Below the pieces are notes generated by a model. That model was not told the origin of the DNA and did not search any database. It saw only the letters and a program-made list of their open reading frames with translations. A stretch of DNA of 62,978 nucleotides, counting the filler, from Jimgerdemannia flammicorona (taxonomy: Eukaryota): the NCBI GenBank assembly GCA_003990765.1. It is 3 parts of 3 records of this genome, joined end to end, with 100 filler letters (N's around TTAATTAATTAA, not from the genome) between each part and the next. Parts side by side here need not be neighbours in the genome. Positions count along the whole stretch, not along the records: positions 21,031 to 41,958 come from RBNJ01001566.1; positions 42,059 to 62,978 come from RBNJ01001567.1; 1 more part is not named here. One strand, written 5' to 3'. The stretch's first letter is position 1, and the number at the start of each line of letters is the position of its first letter. This document shows positions 38,826 to 52,429 of this stretch, one piece after another. Both the position numbers and the translations under genes were made by a program.

Positions 38826-38992
38826 TTTTTTTTGTTTTCTTGCTTGCCAGTTTCTCATCTGCCAGTTTCTTACCTACTAGTTTCTCACCTATCAGTTTCT
38901 TATCTATCAGTTTCTTATCTATTAGTTTCTTGCCTGCTAGTTTCTTACCTACCAGTTTCTCATCTATCAGTTGCTCACCTGTCAGTTTCCTG
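38826..38992. repeat. 15-bp tandem repeat (CAGTTTCTYAYCTRY) following poly(T) tracts
   Basis: About 10 units; gives the VSHLP/VSYLS periodicity of ORF 38814..39005. Confidence 0.85.
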
Positions 38993-40189
38993 GAATAGAA
39001 GATGATTTCATCTCCATTGACTTTAACCTGAGTGAATTCCTAACTACTTCAAGGCTGGAGTTAGAGGCTATTCTGTTAATACCCACTACTCTTTCACCTA
39101 GTGGGACTACTTCTGAGCTAGATTTTGGAAAACTGCTAGAATACAATATCTTGGAAAAGTTTTTAGGCTCTCTGGCTTATATTATTGATATAAAGCACAG
39201 AATCAATATACTTCAGGAGGCATTCTGGAGCCCTTATCATGAGGGGTTGTCTGAGTTATGGCATTTCTGTTTTCTCAGAAGTCTCTTCTTAATGAGTCTG
39301 AAGATATATAACCAAATTTTTCAGTATCTTCCAATTGTCAAAATGAGATTGGGTAATTTCTAAGTATGATTTCAAAGAGAGCCCAGCATGTCTACTAATT
39401 GTAGGTTGTTGATAAGGTTATTCTATTTTTATTTAATTTTTTAGAATACTAAGAAGAACTAATATAAAGTATAATTGGTAGATTTTTTGAATTAATAGCA
39501 GCAATACTAGCAAAATCAACAGGATCTTAAAGCTAAATTTATTCAAACCTAGTTCTAGATTCCAAGTTTAATAGATTTCAAAATATTAAGAATTTTAAAA
39601 CTCAATCTTATAGCAGGACAAACTACCATACTCTATATACAGGATCTTGAGAAAGTTAGATATCAATATCCTATCAGATTCTCAGAAAAAAGGCATCAAA
39701 ATTAATTTCAAACTACAATATTTTTGAGGTCCTTTGATTTGCTAACTGGTATTCTGGATTCAAATCACAATTATATTGTTCTGAATGCTAATACCAAGGA
39801 AGTTGTTTTGGTAGTTTGGAGGGAGATATTAGAAGATCAGGCAAGTCAGATCTTGATGGATATTTGTGAGGAGGTATATATTTGAAGTTTGATAAGCTGA
39901 ATTACATAGTAAGACTCAAGCTGAAATCAGGTCTTATATATCAGCTGGTTATATGTTGACTTATACTAGTAAAATATATTACTATATCATACCTCTCAAT
40001 AATTTCAAACCAAAAATTAGATAAGATAAATAGAAGGAATATGAAATAATAGTTATAGAGCTTGCTTTACTTCTCTTTACTATCTCTTACTGAATATAGC
40101 ATCAAATTTCTCAACTTTATATAATTTTTGATCAGTTCAATATCTCTTACTGTCTATCTTCAGATACTATTTCTGAGAGCATTATGATA

Positions 40190-40330
40190 TCCTCATTCTC
40201 AACTTTGACATCCTCAACTTTAGTGTTCCTGACTTTGGTATCCTCAACTTTAGTGTCTCTAACTTTGGTATTCTCAACTTTAACATCCTCAACTTTGGCA
40301 TCCTCAATCTCAGTATTCTCAATCTTGACA
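40190..40330 (-). repeat. 15-bp tandem repeat (KVEDT/KVENT if translated) inside an unidentified decayed region
   Basis: Recurring TCCTCAACTTT motif. Confidence 0.75.
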
Positions 40331-41099
40331 TTCTCTATCAATATGATATCCTCTGCCAATATAATATTCTCTACCAATGTAACATCCCTAGCTAATACTC
40401 TGGAATTATCTGAAATAGATAGAGATCAAATGAATTGAGGTCAATCTAAGATATATTTTCAACTTGAGAGATTTCAATTTGAGCAAAACATAGTAAAAGT
40501 TAGTAATATATTCTTTGGATGGTGTGTTAGTTCTCCTATCTATACTGATCAAGATATGATATCTATTTTACTTTATATAGCCAAGTATAAGAGACTGTAT
40601 ACTCTAAAATCTGAAGGTCTATTCTATAATTTGGCTTATAGTATTAGAGTTTCTCTAGAGTCCAATATGATGATAGTGTTTTATTCAGATCAATTACATA
40701 GTTTTACAGTTATAGGAGATGAGGAAGTCTGTCATTGAGTATCTGTCATAGAACTTTGGAGACTATATATTATTATAATAAATTTTTTGGAAACTTGAAA
40801 AAGAAGTGGAAAAATTTATAGATATTTTATATATCTAGTATAGTAGTAGCTTTTTATATCTTTGGGAGGGTTTGTATATTCTCTAGCAGTTTTATATATA
40901 TATCACTGTCTGGGGGGATGAGGGAAAAATTTTAGCTAATTCATACTGGCTGATTTAGGCTGCCCTTCAACCCTAGGGGTTTAAGTTTGACTTAATTTAT
41001 AATTTACATTAATTTTGGCAACCAGCAGTTCTGTTTGAGCTGATATAAACTGGTTTTGGGCCAATATAACTATTTTTTTCTTGAGTCTGATATTCAAAT

Positions 41100-41234
41100 T
41101 CCTCACATAAAGAATTTAGATCGATTTGAATTCAATACAGAATAAATTCAGATTAATTCAAATTTATTATAGGATAAATTCAGATCAAATCAATTAAATC
41201 AAGTTTAAATTTCTCCAACTCATTCAGAGCACTA
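41100..41234. mobile_element. Right terminus of a hAT-type element sharing the MITE TIR
   Basis: CAACTCATTCAGAGCACTA preceded by AATTCAGAT subterminal motifs; left end not found. Confidence 0.6.
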
Positions 41235-41800
41235 CCCACATCAAATGATTACTCTAGTTACTAACTTTACAAAGTTCACCTTTATTACTCTATATCAGAA
41301 TTCCAACCTTATTTCTTCAAACAGCCACTCTACTCTATTTCTTAGTCTAGCTCAATCTATTTAAGTCCTTCTCTCAGCACACATCCTACAAGAGAAAGAG
41401 ATCAGCCTTCAATCTCTTCAACTAAGAGAAAATGTTATATTACTATATAGAACCTCACAAACTATTTACATTTAGTGAAAAAAATATAAGTTGTACTATT
41501 TATAAGGATATAATATTATAGATGAGACCTAGCTCCTCACAACTCTATACTCATTATCTCATAATCTAAGTCTAAGCTATACTTAGCCTCTATCTCAACA
41601 TCCTCAGTCTCTCTTATCTCTAACTTAGCCAGAATCTCAGCAATTATCTCATCATTCTTCTTCTTCATTTTCTTTTTGTATACTAGATATACTTTTCATC
41701 AGAGTATATATATTATTATTCTACTTTTTCTACCAGAAGGCAGCTTGCTCTCTAGTAGCAGCAGTTAACTCTATCTCTCTTACTTTTTAATTAATCTCTA
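41235..41800 (-). pseudogene. LINE fragment (ORF1 end and endonuclease start)
   Basis: Homologous to 45500-45800 (LNVNSL, ADLFLL*D). Confidence 0.75.
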
Positions 41801-41805
41801 TCTTA

Positions 41806-44800
41806 TCTTTTCTTTTTAAGTCACTTGGACTTCCCTTTATTACGCACATTCTATAGATAATACATAAATGCCCTCATCCATTTCAACCAATGCCCCTCGG
41901 ATCCCCCTCCCCACCCACTCCCCCATCCCACCGAAGGACAATCCCCCCGCCCACTACCNNNNNNNNNNNNNNNNNNNNNNNNNNNNNNNNNNNNNNNNNN
42001 NNTTAATTAATTAANNNNNNNNNNNNNNNNNNNNNNNNNNNNNNNNNNNNNNNNNNNNCCCCCTATATTATTACAAATAAAGGCCACCTTCTCACTCACT
42101 ACCCCCACCCTCCCCCTACTCTGCCTTACAGATCTTCTCTACTAAGCAGTGCCTTTGACTGCCCTGCAGCCCCCAACCAAGCCACCAGTCTATCAAGGTA
42201 TCTTCCATAAGGCCATACCAATGCAACAACCAGTCTCCCAAGCCAAGTCTCCTCCTATCTTCAAAAACAAATAGCCAGTGGCTGGCCAACCCTACCCAAA
42301 TTGCCAAAACCCAGCCTAAGGTAAGCCACTCCTTTCTCACCCCCCCCTCACTAGTCTATTCCTCAGATCTTCTCACTAACCCTGTATGCTATCACTCTGA
42401 CACACTACTCCCAAGCAGTCCCCAGCAGTCCTCCAGAAGTTGCTAAGTACCCCATACTCTCCTAGCCAATGTTCAGACATCTATATATATCCCTCTTCCT
42501 GCTCTATATTGTGGCACTCCTTATAGTCAAAACAACTCCCCTCGATAAGGTGACCCAAGTAGAAGTTGAGCATCACATTCCTCCTCAGCATGTATTATTA
42601 GACCACCCAGTACTTTGGCAGCATCCACCTCCTCACCTCAGTACTCCAAGTCCACAAGCTATGCCAGTTCCACTCTTCTCTGATACTGACTCTCTGTTAT
42701 CTGCTAGGCCACAGATTCTGGCCTTATCCCCTTTGGCAGTCTATCCCATCACTAATGTCGAACTTGACTAAGGGAATGCCTCCCAATAATACTTGGTCCC
42801 ATCTCCACATCCCTGGGTCCCAAGCCACCTCTCCTTCATTACTCTGCTAACAAATTCCAATATAGTGTACCCCTTCTGCTACTCCCTACCAAAAGTCTTT
42901 ATATCTCAATTGTGCAGTCTTCTGAAGCCCCACTAATAATAAGAGATTATCTGTCAAGCCTCTTGGTGAGAATCTCCTCTCCCAGATCTTCTGTAATAGG
43001 GGAACCCAACTGTCTCCTTTCAATTTCACTGCTCTCTTCAACCACTATGCCCTCAAGCAGTGTAGTCACTTCAGAAAGTCAACCAGCCTAAGCCCTCCTC
43101 TTGTCACTGGTAAGAATAAGACCTCCCAACTGATCTGATCCCTTCTACTAGCCCAGATCCACTCCTTGGCTATCTTCAACAATTGCTTCACTACCCAGGC
43201 TGGGAAGTCCAGATGATATGCCAGATACCACAACTTTGGCAGCCAATAGATATTCAAAATCAAGATGCACCCTACTAAAGATAAATGGTGACCCCCCCAG
43301 CTCTACAGGATCTCCCCCCAGATTCCAACCCTCTGCTCTCATCAAAGTCTAGGTAGTACTGACCCATATACTGATAAATAAATACCCAAGTACTGCACTA
43401 TCTCACCAGTAGGGATGATTGTTCCAATGATATCCCCACCTACCAGGCCATTGCCCAACACTATTGTTTCATACTTATACTAATTGAGTTTAGCTCCAGA
43501 GTTCTTCTCATACTACTCCACCATCTTCTTGAGCTCTTCAACATCTGCAACAGATCTCAGGCTGACCACCATATTGTCTGCAAAGGCCCCAACTTTCCAC
43601 CCAATTCCAAAGACAGAGAGCTCCATTACCTTCTATCTAATTCTGTCCATTAGGGGCTCCAGAGAAAGAGTATATAGAATGGAGGACAGTGGGTCCCCCT
43701 GGGGCACTCTCCTACCTAGGGGAAATAATACTCTTCTATGTCCATTACAAATGAGCACCACTCTACTTCTTTCCAGTAGGCTGATCATTGCTGACTGGAA
43801 CTGTTATAGTACCCCAGTCCTATCTAATACTTTTGCCAGCCAGACTTACTGCACTCAGTCATAAGCCTTCTCTTAGTCCAAGAAGACCAATCACCCATCT
43901 AGTCCACCAGCTTGTGCCCCTTCAATAACTCTATGTACCCAAGCTGTACTATTCCTAATGAGCTGATCTCCTATGTATAAAGCCCCTCTGCTCAATACCC
44001 AGGACTTGCTGGGCCACCTTCTGTAGCCTTGCAACCACCACCTTAGTTACTAACTTTCTGTCTACATCCAGCAACACAATCAGCCACCAGTTCTTCCAGT
44101 CCTCTTACCTTCCTTTGTTCTTGTAAAGCAGTATCACCAGCCCCAGATTCTGTTCCCCCACCCATCTCCCTATCTGCAATATAAAATCACACAATGCTGT
44201 TATCTTACCTAGAACTTCTGAGACTCCTACCATCTTCTTCCAGAAGTCTCAGAGCAGACCATCCTTCCCAGACACCATGTCCAAAGTTGTTGTGATAAGA
44301 ACCTGGTGGATCTCTTTCTCCTATACTGGCAACACCAAGTCACCCAACCCATTTGCTTGAGAAGGGTACCAATCCTCCAATATCTGGTCAATGGCTACAG
44401 TATCTGCTCCCCCCTCCTCCTCACTCTACAATCCACTCCATCACTCCTTTAGTGAACCAAGAATATCTTATATACCATGCACCAGAATATCATCAGAGTC
44501 AACCACCCCCTCCTATCTTTGCTGTACTCTTCTCACCTGAAGAGCCCTTGTGAGATACTTAGAGGGCCTCTCCTCTTCCTCCAATCCTTGCCAATGAAGC
44601 TATGCTGCTAAGCTCTGCACCCTTGCCTTCTCCTTATCTCTTAGTACCTGTTGTAATTCCCCAACCTCCATTTTTGCTCTTATCAATCTCCAATCCTCTC
44701 TCCCCTCTACTACTATTACTAGCTCTGTCCAATCCTCCAAGAGTCTGATTAGTCTAACAGAAGCCCATCTCACCTATCACCTCCTCTGCTTCCCAGCCTC

Positions 44801-47800
44801 TCTACCAGTCTCACTCCAGTAAATCCTGGCCATCTCTTTCATCCTCATCTACCTAACATCAACTGGGGTACCTTTCTGCCTCCAGCTCCCCACCCTCAGT
44901 TGAATGTCTTCCACCCATGCATTCCACTAGATCCTATCCTCTAATAATGAGGAATTGAGGTATTAATGTCCAGGCCCATCCCCACTTCCCCCAAATGTCC
45001 TTGCCCTAACAGCCCCCAATGATCTGACCAAGGACACCATTCTACTTTCAGTGACTTCCAAACATCTAATCCCCAGTAACTGGCCATCAGCATTCAGTCA
45101 ATCCTCATTCCCAGATCCCTTGCCCAGTGTATATATATCCTCCTATTCCCCCAATACTCTCTACCAGCATCTACCAGAGTACTTAGTCTTTCCATATCCT
45201 CCCAAGCCACCAACCCTCTACTCCTATTCTCAGCACCCCTTCCACCATCTGTTCTATCCACCAGTACATCCCAGACCATATTGAAATCTCCACCAAGTAT
45301 ATCCACCCCAGCCCCTATAAGGACTCCACTCTCCTGGAGACCCTTCACTCAATCCACATGCTCACTCCATACAGCAGGGCAGTAATATGAGCCCACTGTG
45401 ACCAGCTCTCAATCTATACATATCCACTCTCTCCAGACCAATCTATCTCCCCAGCTCCTCATCTCCTATATCTCCCCTTGACCCTTTTGGACCAGAATCT
45501 CAACCTTGCCCTTCTAAACTGCCTCACCTCCCCATTCCTTTGTCCACTCCAGCCTATCCAAATTATCCTTATATCTGATATCCTACAATAGAAAGAGATC
45601 AGCCTCTAATCCCTTCAGCTAAGTAAAAATGTTCCTACATTGAGAAGTGTCCCATAACCCATTCACATTCAAAAAGAAAATGTTAGTTGTACTATTTATA
45701 ATGAAATATGGTGTGTTATCCAGTCTATCCCTACTGCTCCATGTTCATCTCTTCCTGTGCTATATCTAGATTATATTCTGCAGTTATCTCTTCCTCTTCA
45801 GCCCTCTGAGCCTCCAGTCCAGTCAATAGCTCATTTATCTCCCCATCTGCCTTCTTCTCAAACTCCTCACAGTACTCCAGGCAGGCCTCCTGCCAGAGCT
45901 GCAATCCATGATACTTGTCCCAATAGTATTTAGCCCTCTCACCAGCAACCCCTGCCAGCTCAGCCTCCCTCTTCTTATCCACCTTATATCCTTCCTTCTC
46001 TAGATATACTGTAAGAATTTCTGTTTTCAATGTCAGCTCCATGTCATCCTCTTGCAGGATCTGTGCCCAATGTTCATTACTCATTACTCTCAAGTCCACC
46101 TCCCCCAACTCTTCAGCTACTAGGTTATTCATCATCCTGTATATCCAAAGCAGGTTCTCCACCTCCTTCTCCCCAGGAGTCACTGGTCTCCCTCCATCCA
46201 ACATCGTGGTGTCAGCTCTGGTACTCACAGACTCATCTCATACCTCTGGGATATTCACTAGTTCCTCCTCTCCAACTACCACTATGTATCCCCCATTTGC
46301 TACCTCAGGAACTCTAAACTGCACTCACTGGGCTCCCCTCATTGGTACATTCTCTACCACCCTACTTCAGGAAGTTGGACCTCACCTAATAAGAGGAGTA
46401 GGGGTGAGCAATCCCTCCCAGTTCTCCTCCAAGACCTTAAATATACCATCAGCATACAGATTATTGCCAGTCACTTTCTTGTCCTCTCCTGCCACCTTCT
46501 CTGCACTCCCACCATCCTTGCTGACCCAGACACTCACTTTGGCACCCTCCACCTCCACTATTCCACCTGTATCCTTCTGAGGTCTATCTTCCAGCTTAGC
46601 TAGTAGCTCCTTCTGATGCTTATACCCCTGAGCTCTTTCCCACTGCCTCTTGTCTATTCTAATCCACTTCTCATCCATCACCTCCAAGTGTGTCAATTCT
46701 ACAAAAGTCTTCCAAGCCTTGGTCTGCTGCTTTACCACACCACTCAGCTCTTCTAATGCTTTCAACAAATCCTCTTCCTCCTCCTCACTCCCCTTCACCC
46801 TCATTACCTTGTACAAGATTGTCCCCCAGACCATCACTGATAGCTAGTCCCTTGTCTTCCCAGTAGCCTCCTTCTCTGCTAGCCAAATCTGTACATCAAC
46901 ATCCCTAGTCCTAAGTGAGGTCCCTTCCTAGACCCTGAAGCTGATGTCCACTACCTTACCATACTCTGTCATGACCTCCTCAACTCTCCTTCTTGTCTCC
47001 ACTACTGTCATCATGGGCACTCCTTTCACCAGCAGTTGTACCACTCTGGGATCTTATCTCAGGCAGTGTACCATAGGGATATACATCTCTCCAACAGTCA
47101 AACCAACCTTCAGTACCTCTTCCAAAGGCTCAGCCTCTTCAAAGCCCACCTCCACTTCCTCCAATCTCTTCAGAAACTTTGCCAATACTGCTCTAGCCAT
47201 CTGCTTGGCAATAAGCCCTAGCACCATTTTTGCCATCACCACTAGGCCTCAGAAGCATAGTATAACTACAAATACTAAGATCAATTTTTTGAGTAATAGA
47301 GCCACTGCCAGGCCTATCACACCATCTGCCAAGTCCCCCTGCCCTCTAAGCCCCTGCTGCTCAGCTGCACCATCAGCAGTCATATCTGGATTTTTTTCCA
47401 GATTGGCAGTCTCATCACTATCAGCTGTCATACTCACTCCAGCCACTACTCCCCCAGCTTTACTGCCCTCACCACTAAGGACTACTCTCCTACAAACTGC
47501 TGTCTTCTTCATCTCCTTGCCTTTCCTCAGCCATCCCTTCAATCCTGATGTCTGCTGTCTTCTCTTCACTGTCTCCATGAAGCTTATTCTCCCAGATTCC
47601 TGTCCTCCACTACTGTCTCCTCCCCCTCCTCATCCTCCTGCCAGCAGCCCCCTCATACCCCCCCTCAGACCAGGACCTCTCTCTACCTGCTGCCAGTTGA
47701 ATATGCTAGAGCTGCCCTGTCCAGTATATGCCCCAGATTACTTGCTGTTTGCTATTGCCTTAGTATCTTTCTCTAATAAATGACTTGAAAGTGTATTGTA

Positions 47801-47845
47801 AAAGTGTATATAATGTGAATTGTAGCTGAGAAAGATGTGGTAATA
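41806..47845 (-). mobile_element. Near full-length L1/Tx1-like LINE (ORF1 about 45731-47790, ORF2 about 42080-45700), degenerate
   Basis: APE motifs LNVNGL, DLFLL*D, GGDFN, RID; RT motifs PQGDPLS, AFADN, YLGIY, ILNIYWLPKLWY, LPVTRGGL; four ORF1 pieces share one frame. Confidence 0.92.
41959..42058. other. Assembly gap with artificial TTAATTAATTAA linker
   Basis: Same structure as 20931-21030. Confidence 0.97.
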
Positions 47846-47849
47846 CTCT

Positions 47850-50800
47850 ATATACTATAGCTTAGACAGCTAGTATATATTCAGCACTATTACTCTCTCT
47901 GCTAGAGAGATATATCAGCCTCCTCACCTCAAGAGAACCTCTCCTCATATAAGTAATTACTGCTCCCATTAACTATAAGATAGTAGAGAACTATATACCA
48001 AAAAATAAATATCTAGATAACAGACTACTTTTCTAACTAAGACCACTATTTTGATCACATTGCTGCCAACTATTCCTCCATCTAGGATCAGAGTCTCATA
48101 CTTATCTCAATTAAGTCTAGCTCCCAAATACTCCTCATACCACTCTACTATATTCCTCAATACTACTATATCCTCTACAGAGCCCAGCCTAATTACCATA
48201 TTATCAGCAAAGGCCCCAACCTTCCAGTTCACTCTCAAAATGTTCAAACCCCCAACTTTGTATTATATTCTGTCTAACAGAGACTCTAGTGAAAGGGTAT
48301 AGATTGTGGCACTCTTCTGCCTAGAGAGAAGAACTCTCCTCTATGCTCATTCACTATAATGACTGCCTGACTCTCCTCTAATAGATAGACTAATGATCTT
48401 CTAACCCCTAGAGAAACTCTTATCTACTTCAATATCCCCTCCAGCCATATATGTATACTAAACTCTATTACAAGTCTTCTCTTGGTCTAGAAAAACTAAT
48501 CAACTATCAACCCTGGCCACATGAGCACTCTCAATAATATCATGAATCTATACTGTCCTATTATAGATCAAACAATCTCTAAAAAGCCCCTCTGTTTAGT
48601 CTCCAATATCTGCTGAGTCACTCCTTGCAGCCTGGTCATCAAAATCTTTATCACTAACTTACAATCTATATTCAGAAATATAATCAGTCTCTAATTCTTC
48701 CAATTCTCTCTTCTTTTCTTATTCTTATATATATAACAGAGCTATAAGTCCCAGGCACTGTCTCCCAATCCAGGTCTCTGAGCCAATGATCTTATTATAT
48801 ATCTATACTATCTCTTCCAGTACAATCTCAACTTTAGCCATCTTCTTTCAAAAATCCCAAAGCAATCCATCCTCTCCAGGAGCTGTTCTTATACTTATTA
48901 TTACCAAAACCTGATATATCTTCTCTTCTTATACAGAGGCTCTAAGTTCACCTAGGTCTATAGTCAGGTCTGAGTACCAATCTTCTAACTGCCTCTCAAT
49001 ATCAATAACATCTTCACCACTCTCTTCTTTACTCTACAGTTGCCCTCAGTGAGCCTACAGTAGATCCAAAATCTCTAACATTCCAGTTACTATTTCCCCT
49101 ATCTTGTCCAATACACTCTCTTACTGCTGCCTCATTCTCCTAGCCTATAGTAGCTACAATAAGAACTTTGTAAACTACTCTCTCTCCTCCAAACTCTACT
49201 ATTATAGCCTTGCTATCAACTCCTTCACCTGTAGTTCCTCCTCCTACCTAAGCAGTCTCTTCAGTTCTTCTACCTTTTACTAAATTCTTTGAATCCTTCC
49301 TTACAGTCAGTTAAAGATCCAGCCCACTTCTCCAGTAATCATTTCAATCTTCTTAAAGCTCATCTAATATAACTCCTCTACTGAGCATTAGATTTCAACT
49401 ACTGCTAATGATCTCTGATCTCCAACCTCTATGTCCTCTAGTCAATAATTCTAGTGCTAACATCTACTACCTATTCTTTCCATAAAGTATTATCTCCTAG
49501 CAGTGAGGTATTCAGATACCAATATCCAGATTTCTCTCTCTTATCTCCAAATCTCTCTCTGCCCAACAATCTCCAGTGGTCAGACTAAGGACACCAGACT
49601 ATCTCAATATTGCTCCAGACATCTGCACCCCATTACTTAGCTATCAATACCCAGTTAATTCTTGATTCTAACCCTATCACCCAGTAAGTATAGATCTGAT
49701 AATCTCCCCACTTTAGTTGCCCTGTATCTACCAAAGAGCTCAGTCTCTCTAATTTTACATTCTATCACTCTTGCCCACTATCTCCCTCCTTCTATTAGTT
49801 CTATCCATTTTTCCATTATATATTATATTAAAGTTACTCCTCAAATAGTCAATTTCTGTAGCTATCAGAATATCTACCTCTTGCAGCCCCCTTATCTAAT
49901 CTATATATTCCCTCCTTTCTACTAAGCAGTAGTATGATCCAACAGTCAGAGGGCTCTAGCCTAGCCTCCTCCACACTCTCTACACCAATTTACCTCCCCA
50001 ATGTCTAATGTCTCTAATATCCCCTACTCTCTTTCTAATCAGAATGCTCACTAACTCTACCATACTACTATACCTCCCCATTCTCTCATCCAATCCAGCA
50101 AGTCCAAGTCTATATCATATTCCACATCCTACAGTAAGAAAAGATCTACTTCTAGCCTTTTCAATTAATTAAAGATATTCTGATATCTTATTATACCTCT
50201 CAGACTATTGACATTCAGAGAGAAGATTCTTATTGTACTGTTTATATTAAATAATGTTTTAAGAAAAAGTGCCCACTCTATAATTCTATACTCATTCCTT
50301 CACCCACAATATCTAGGTTTCTCTCTATCTCACACTTGTCTGCCTCTCCCTACTGAGTATCTAGTATCATTAAGATCTCCTAACAATCTGTACCATCCAC
50401 AGCTTCTATCTCTATCCAGTACTCCTTATATACTATCTACCACTTTGTCAGTCCTTTTCTTGGACCCTACATATATAGCCCAATTATTCACAATTATCAG
50501 AAGTACTACCTCTCTATCATCATCTACTTGATATGTCTCAGCTTCCAATAAGACTACTATTATCTCATCTCTCAGTATCTCTTACTCAGTACCCAAAAGT
50601 CCTCTCTCTCCAGCTCCTTAGCCACTATATTCTCAAGTATTTTTTACAGTCATTTCTTCTCATCCACTATCTCCTCAACTCTCTGGACCACCCTCTTCTC
50701 CCCCTCCACCTGTCTCCCCTCTACATTTTTTTCTGCTGATTCATTCTAGTCCTCCTCTAGTATATCCTATAGTTTATCCTCACTAGCAGCCCCATCTGGC

Positions 50801-52220
50801 ATACTATACTGAGGGTACTCCCTCTCAACTATCTCTGTATTTTCTATAATACTACTCAATCTAGTGCCACCTCTCTCTTCCTGGGTTACTACTGGAGCTG
50901 TTTCCTTCTCTCTAGCCTAAGTACTTACATATCTTCAGCAGTGGTCCCCCCTGCTCCTCTCCCTCTCAACTTTACCAACAGGTTCTTCTAAATATACCTC
51001 TTCTTTACTCTCTCCCAGGTTATCTGATCTAGCCTCACTCTCTTATTATTTATAATCTCCACTACTGTCTTAGTCTTAAACTCCTTTCAGGCCAGTCTTC
51101 TCCTTTTAACAACCTCAGCCAGATCCTTCAATATCTTGAGTAAGTCTTCTTCTTCTTCTTATATCTCTTTTACTCTAGAGACTTTATACTCTACTGGTCT
51201 CTATTTGAGTACTACTGATCAGTTCCATGCTCTCTCCATATTCTCCTTATCTACTAGTTATACTCTGATGTCCACATCTTCTATTCTGAACTCTATGTCC
51301 TCTCAGATCCAAAACCCAATATCTATAATATCTCTATACTTCTTAATAGCCTCTACAATCAGCTCTCTAACTACCTTCTTTAACATTATAAGAATATTCA
51401 TCACTGTTAACTATACTACTTAGAGGTTCCAATGTAGATACCTGACCATAGGGATCACTACTCCCCCCACTATCACCTACTTCTCTATCATCTCTAACAG
51501 TATATCCTCCTTTTTGAATTCAACCTTCACCCCTTCCAGCTCCTTCAAAAACTTCACTGAGGTAGCCTCTTTTACCTCCTGGATCAGAAGCCTTAGAATT
51601 ATCCTTATCATTACTACTAAGTCTCAGAAATACAGTATGATAGTGAATTCTAACCTTGACTTCTTGAGTAATAGTACTACCACCAGGCTCATTACACCAT
51701 CTACCAGATCTCCAGGCCTCATGCCCACTCTCTGTCCAGATCTATCATCTACTATTATATCTGGATTTTTTTTCCAAATTAGCAATCTCCTTGCTATCAG
51801 CAGTTCTACTCTCTTTAGCCACTACCCTCCAGCCTTACTACTCTCACTGCTCTGAGCTGCTCCCCCAGACCCAGCATTTCTTACTGTCTCCTTACCCTTC
51901 CTCAGTCAGCCCTCTAGTCTAGTTATCAGATACCTCCTCTTTACCTTATTGATAAAGCTTATTCTTCTAGTTCTCTGTCTCCTAATACTACTCTCTCTCC
52001 TTCTATATCCTCCTGCCAGTAAGTCTCACATACTTCCCCCCAAGCCATAACTTCTCTCCATATACTACTAGTTAAATACACTAGAGCTGCTCTGTCTAGC
52101 ATATATCTTAGAATACTTGATGGTTACTATATTGTTAATATCTTTTCTCCAAAAATGATATCTTGAGTATTGCTAGAAGTTTATGTAACCTGAATAATTA
52201 CTAGAGAAAGGATGTGATTT
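47850..52220 (-). mobile_element. Second, more decayed LINE of a related family, 3'-truncated
   Basis: Colinear with about 43230-47845 (AFADNMV, LNV*GI, similar ORF1 and 5' end). Confidence 0.88.
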
Positions 52221-52426
52221 TAATGTTTTTAATATCATTAGAAAGGGCTTTCAAATGATATTAAGATTATCAAAATTGAATGATTATTTATCAAGTTATT
52301 GATATAAATATTTAATTATTTAATTTGAAAATTAAAACAATGATTGATTCAAATCAATCTAGATGAAATTTAATCCAAATCTAATCCAAATCTAATTCAG
52401 ATTAAATTGACTCATTTGGAGTACTA
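52215..52426. mobile_element. Partial foldback MITE
   Basis: One arm plus TIR ACTCATTTGGAGTACTA. Confidence 0.8.
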
Positions 52427-52429
52427 ATT

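Noticed and set aside
46944..47783. 279-aa plus-strand ORF
   Set aside because: Antisense shadow of LINE ORF1; Ser/Thr/Pro-biased, no motif
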